A stretch of DNA of 64,000 bases from Wickerhamiella versatilis (Eukaryota). Below the pieces are notes generated by a model. That model searched no databases and was not told where the DNA came from. It saw only the letters and a list, made by a program, of their open reading frames with translations. The position numbers and the translations under genes were made by a program. Positions 61,505 through 64,000 of this stretch are shown one piece after another (within the stretch, counting starts at the first letter, position 1; each line of letters opens with the position of its first letter). The stretch is taken from the NCBI GenBank assembly GCA_030867685.1, contig JAQOWU010000001.1, forward strand, positions 124,001-188,000, read 5' to 3'.

Positions 61505-62572
61505 ATGGACAGGAGCCACTCTTCCCTTCGTTCCAGAAGACGTCCACGAAAGACATCAACGGAAAGCCCTCCGAGAAATTTGAAAAGACTTAATCCTGTT
61601 GGGAAAGCAAAACGTTTAGCATGGTCACAGCTCGTATTCATTGCTTGGTTCATCGTCATAATTATTCTAGCCGCGTCTATACCGAGTCTACAAGGTATAG
61701 TTGAACCATTCTATCGTGTCCAGTACGTTATAAGTGATAGTCAGGCAGGAAAAGGGCCCTTTGATGCGGCTCTTATCGTGTCTGCCCTCATGGGAGTCAT
61801 TGGACTTCGTGCCGTGGTACAGCTACTTGCCTTGAAACTGGCAGCTTCGCGTTTTTCAACCCATAGGCAAGCCGTCAGATTTGCTGAGCAACTGTGGAAT
61901 GCTGTATACTATGGGGGAAACTGTCTTGTGGGGCTTTTGCTACTACATAATTCAGCGTCCGAGTACAACTGGTCCCCAGAGACAATATGGCGAGGATTTC
62001 CACATTACTTTATGTGGCCCACCGCAAAATTGTACTACCTGGCTGCCTTCAGCTTTTGGCTTTCTCAGATATATATTATCAATATTGAAGAGCGCCGGTC
62101 AGATCACTGGCAGATGTTCACCCACCATATCGTGACATGCCTATTAGTTTTGGGTTCCTATGCGTACTCTTACACGAGAATAGGACACTTGGTACTAATT
62201 TTGATGGATGGGGTGGATACTGTCCTTAGTATTGGTAAGGTAATGAAATACCTAGACTTCCCGCAGAGGTTTTGTGATTTCTTCTTCCTACTATTCTTAA
62301 TACTTTGGATTTGGTCTCGCCATATTGTTTATATGTACCAAATTTGGTTTGGATTCTTCAAAGCTGATATCCCAGAGGGAACTTGCACATATCACCCTCT
62401 GACCAACGAGCCCGTGGCTTGTTTCAGCAAGCGGCCACACGTAGTGTTTGCACTTCTCGCGGTGGCTCTACAAATAATTACTATAATGTGGCTTGTCCTT
62501 ATCATCAAAGTTGTAATTCGGGTCGTTCGTGGTGAGGGTGCGGACGATACTCGAAGCGACGATGAATCTTAG
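61505..62572 (+). CDS. Ceramide synthase (TLC/Lag1 motif), Bar1/BarA-type subfamily
   Basis: RFAEQLW, K.YYL..FSFW.SQI and the Lag1 motif EERRSDHWQMFTHHIVT...G..VL.LMD..D; ends GEGADDTRSDDE. Confidence 0.92.
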   Translation: MDRSHSSLRSRRRPRKTSTESPPRNLKRLNPVGKAKRLAWSQLVFIAWFIVIIILAASIPSLQGIVEPFYRVQYVISDSQAGKGPFDAALIVSALMGVIGLRAVVQLLALKLAASRFSTHRQAVRFAEQLWNAVYYGGNCLVGLLLLHNSASEYNWSPETIWRGFPHYFMWPTAKLYYLAAFSFWLSQIYIINIEERRSDHWQMFTHHIVTCLLVLGSYAYSYTRIGHLVLILMDGVDTVLSIGKVMKYLDFPQRFCDFFFLLFLILWIWSRHIVYMYQIWFGFFKADIPEGTCTYHPLTNEPVACFSKRPHVVFALLAVALQIITIMWLVLIIKVVIRVVRGEGADDTRSDDES

Positions 62573-62645
62573 TGAACTCCTAATTGTCCTAATGTATGCA
62601 TCCTGATATATCAGCAAATAAATATATTGGCTTCTAAAATCCCTT

Positions 62646-63617
62646 TTAAATTAGCTGTGGTGATAGCAGTTCAAGGTAGTTGGATGGGCACATGCCTTCC
62701 TCTCCCGTTGCACGTCGGCACATCCACCACTTCCCAGAAATATCAATGACGTCCAGTATCTCTCCCTCGTCAAATGGGATCTCCCCGGCCATAGTATTCG
62801 CGTCGTACCTAAACTTTGCTCGGGCCTTATAGGATGAAATTCCTCTCTCTTGTTCACTGCCAATTGAAGAGAAGCCGGACACTACCTGAGACTCGGGTGC
62901 CAATTGCCTCGCATTACTTAGTCGTGTACTCGTGATGTGCGACATTGGCCCTTGGGCGCGATTCTGAGAATCATCCTGGGTTTCAGGGCCCTGGTTTGTT
63001 GCGTGAAGCGGGATGCCATGTCGAATAAGCTGGCTTGACGAGTAGACCTGCGGGTAGGTCGTGGTATCCGCCATGGGATTCAGTGGAGCGCTGACCTCAA
63101 CATTTCCATCAGTGATTGCAGTAGACATTTCTGGATGTAGCGCTACGCGCGAATTTTGCTGTACAGGATACTGCATCGGCAAAGGCTTTTTTTGCATAGC
63201 AAATGAGTCAATAAATGCGTGTACGGGCTCGTCCTTCGTGGTGCCAAAGTAGAGTATCCATATAAAATTGATGATTGACAAGAGAATCTGGCCGGCAGCC
63301 GCTGCTGCAGAAGATGTATCGTCGCGCCATACGAAGTTATTTGTGGAATTTGTGGAATAAACAACAGCAATCGCCAACAAGGCAAGAAGCGCATTTCTGT
63401 ACTGTCGTATCTTATTGGTAAAAGCCGTATATACTGTCAGTAATATACAGAAGGCCTCAAACGCTAGTCCCCACCAGCAAAAGATGGGAAAGCTGTCCGA
63501 ACCGGAAGCGTCATTGATGATTGAGGATACGAGAGCAATAGTCCAGGAAAATACTCCCATTGGAATCGTAGTCAACCAAAAAGGGTCCCCAAATATGTTT
63601 GAGAATGCATATTTCAT
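62646..63617 (-). CDS. SHO1: Osmosensor Sho1 (four TM segments plus SH3)
   Basis: GDPFWLTT..., FP.FCWW, QYR.AL and AAAAGQILLSIINFIWILYFG; C-terminal SH3 (GKWW...G..PSNY). Confidence 0.9.
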   Translation of the reverse strand: MKYAFSNIFGDPFWLTTIPMGVFSWTIALVSSIINDASGSDSFPIFCWWGLAFEAFCILLTVYTAFTNKIRQYRNALLALLAIAVVYSTNSTNNFVWRDDTSSAAAAAGQILLSIINFIWILYFGTTKDEPVHAFIDSFAMQKKPLPMQYPVQQNSRVALHPEMSTAITDGNVEVSAPLNPMADTTTYPQVYSSSQLIRHGIPLHATNQGPETQDDSQNRAQGPMSHITSTRLSNARQLAPESQVVSGFSSIGSEQERGISSYKARAKFRYDANTMAGEIPFDEGEILDVIDISGKWWMCRRATGEEGMCPSNYLELLSPQLI

Positions 63618-63789
63618 CGTGAGATTCTCTCGTCAGAGCCCAAACGGTGGCGAACCTTGACTTTCACTACGAAGGGGGTAATTCGGGAATAATAGGGTTG
63701 GGGCCTTTATAATTATGTAATTTGAAATCTTAATTAACGCGATGCGTTAAATGTACTTCGCTAAGTCGAAGTAATTTTTCTGTGTATTA

Positions 63790-64000
63790 TTAGATCACAC
63801 GAGATATATTCACTCCTAGGCACAATATCATCACGAGAGATCCAAAAGCTACCATAACCGTAGAGAAATGATGAAGATAAGCTGTTTGCCTCGGGGAAAA
63901 TGACACCAGGCGGTTCTCAAGACCCGATTTGGACAAAACATACACAAAGATTCCTGGTAGAATGAAGGAAATAGCTGTAGCCCCGGTAGAGCCAACAAAG
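63790..64000 (-). CDS. 3' end of a vacuolar amino-acid transporter (Avt5/6/7-like); 5' part is outside the window
   Basis: Not in the ORF track. Manual translation FVGSTGATAISFILPGIFVY...FGSLVMILCLGVNISRVI* matches the last two TM segments of the AAAP/Avt family. Confidence 0.85.
   Translation of the reverse strand, partial: FVGSTGATAISFILPGIFVYVLSKSGLENRLVSFSPRQTAYLHHFSTVMVAFGSLVMILCLGVNISRVI

Noticed and set aside
1..64000. CRISPR arrays, transposons/LTRs, prophage or bacterial operon-like clusters
   Set aside because: None were seen; the window is eukaryotic core genome.

Overview
This is eukaryotic DNA from a very gene-dense, intron-poor budding yeast (Saccharomycotina). CUG appears to encode Leu (CTG in the conserved cyclin motif ALWIAAKY), and respiratory complex I genes are present. 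That combination fits an early-branching compact lineage such as Wickerhamiella/Starmerella, but the placement is inference only. The window holds about 45 mostly core housekeeping genes, including CFD1, LOA1, TAZ1, ADA1, CSN12, VTI1, YAH1, RRP15, a PPR/CIA84-like gene, a GH63 YMR196W-like gene, RRP9, COG2, CTF4, NDUFA8, NUP57, TOM5, SPN1, RPS23, MAK10, QCR2, RPC82, UTP4, YCG1, ERG6, URA7, RMD1, an F-box/WD40 gene, IMPDH, TatD, SHP1, NUP170, a queuosine-salvage gene, a SEL1/CaaX gene, a ceramide synthase and SHO1. It also has one tRNA-Gly(CCC) and an intronic snR54-like snoRNA. I read several genes missing from the ORF track directly from the sequence: a G1 cyclin, TOM5, the 3' end of an AVT transporter, and spliced models of IMPDH and a roadblock-fold gene. 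I found no mobile element, CRISPR array or clear horizontally acquired cluster, and no convincing new multi-gene system. The most unusual observations are: (1) a cyclin box in which both partners of the conserved Arg-Asp pair are substituted; (2) a Nup57 with no FG domain on a 50-bp bidirectional promoter; (3) a recurrent TGATTRGT(CA) element within about 0-70 bp of many start codons; (4) a snoRNA filling nearly all of a 112-nt intron; (5) retention of queuosine salvage, with a 23-bp tandem repeat at its start codon. All family assignments come from recalled motifs; no database search was run.
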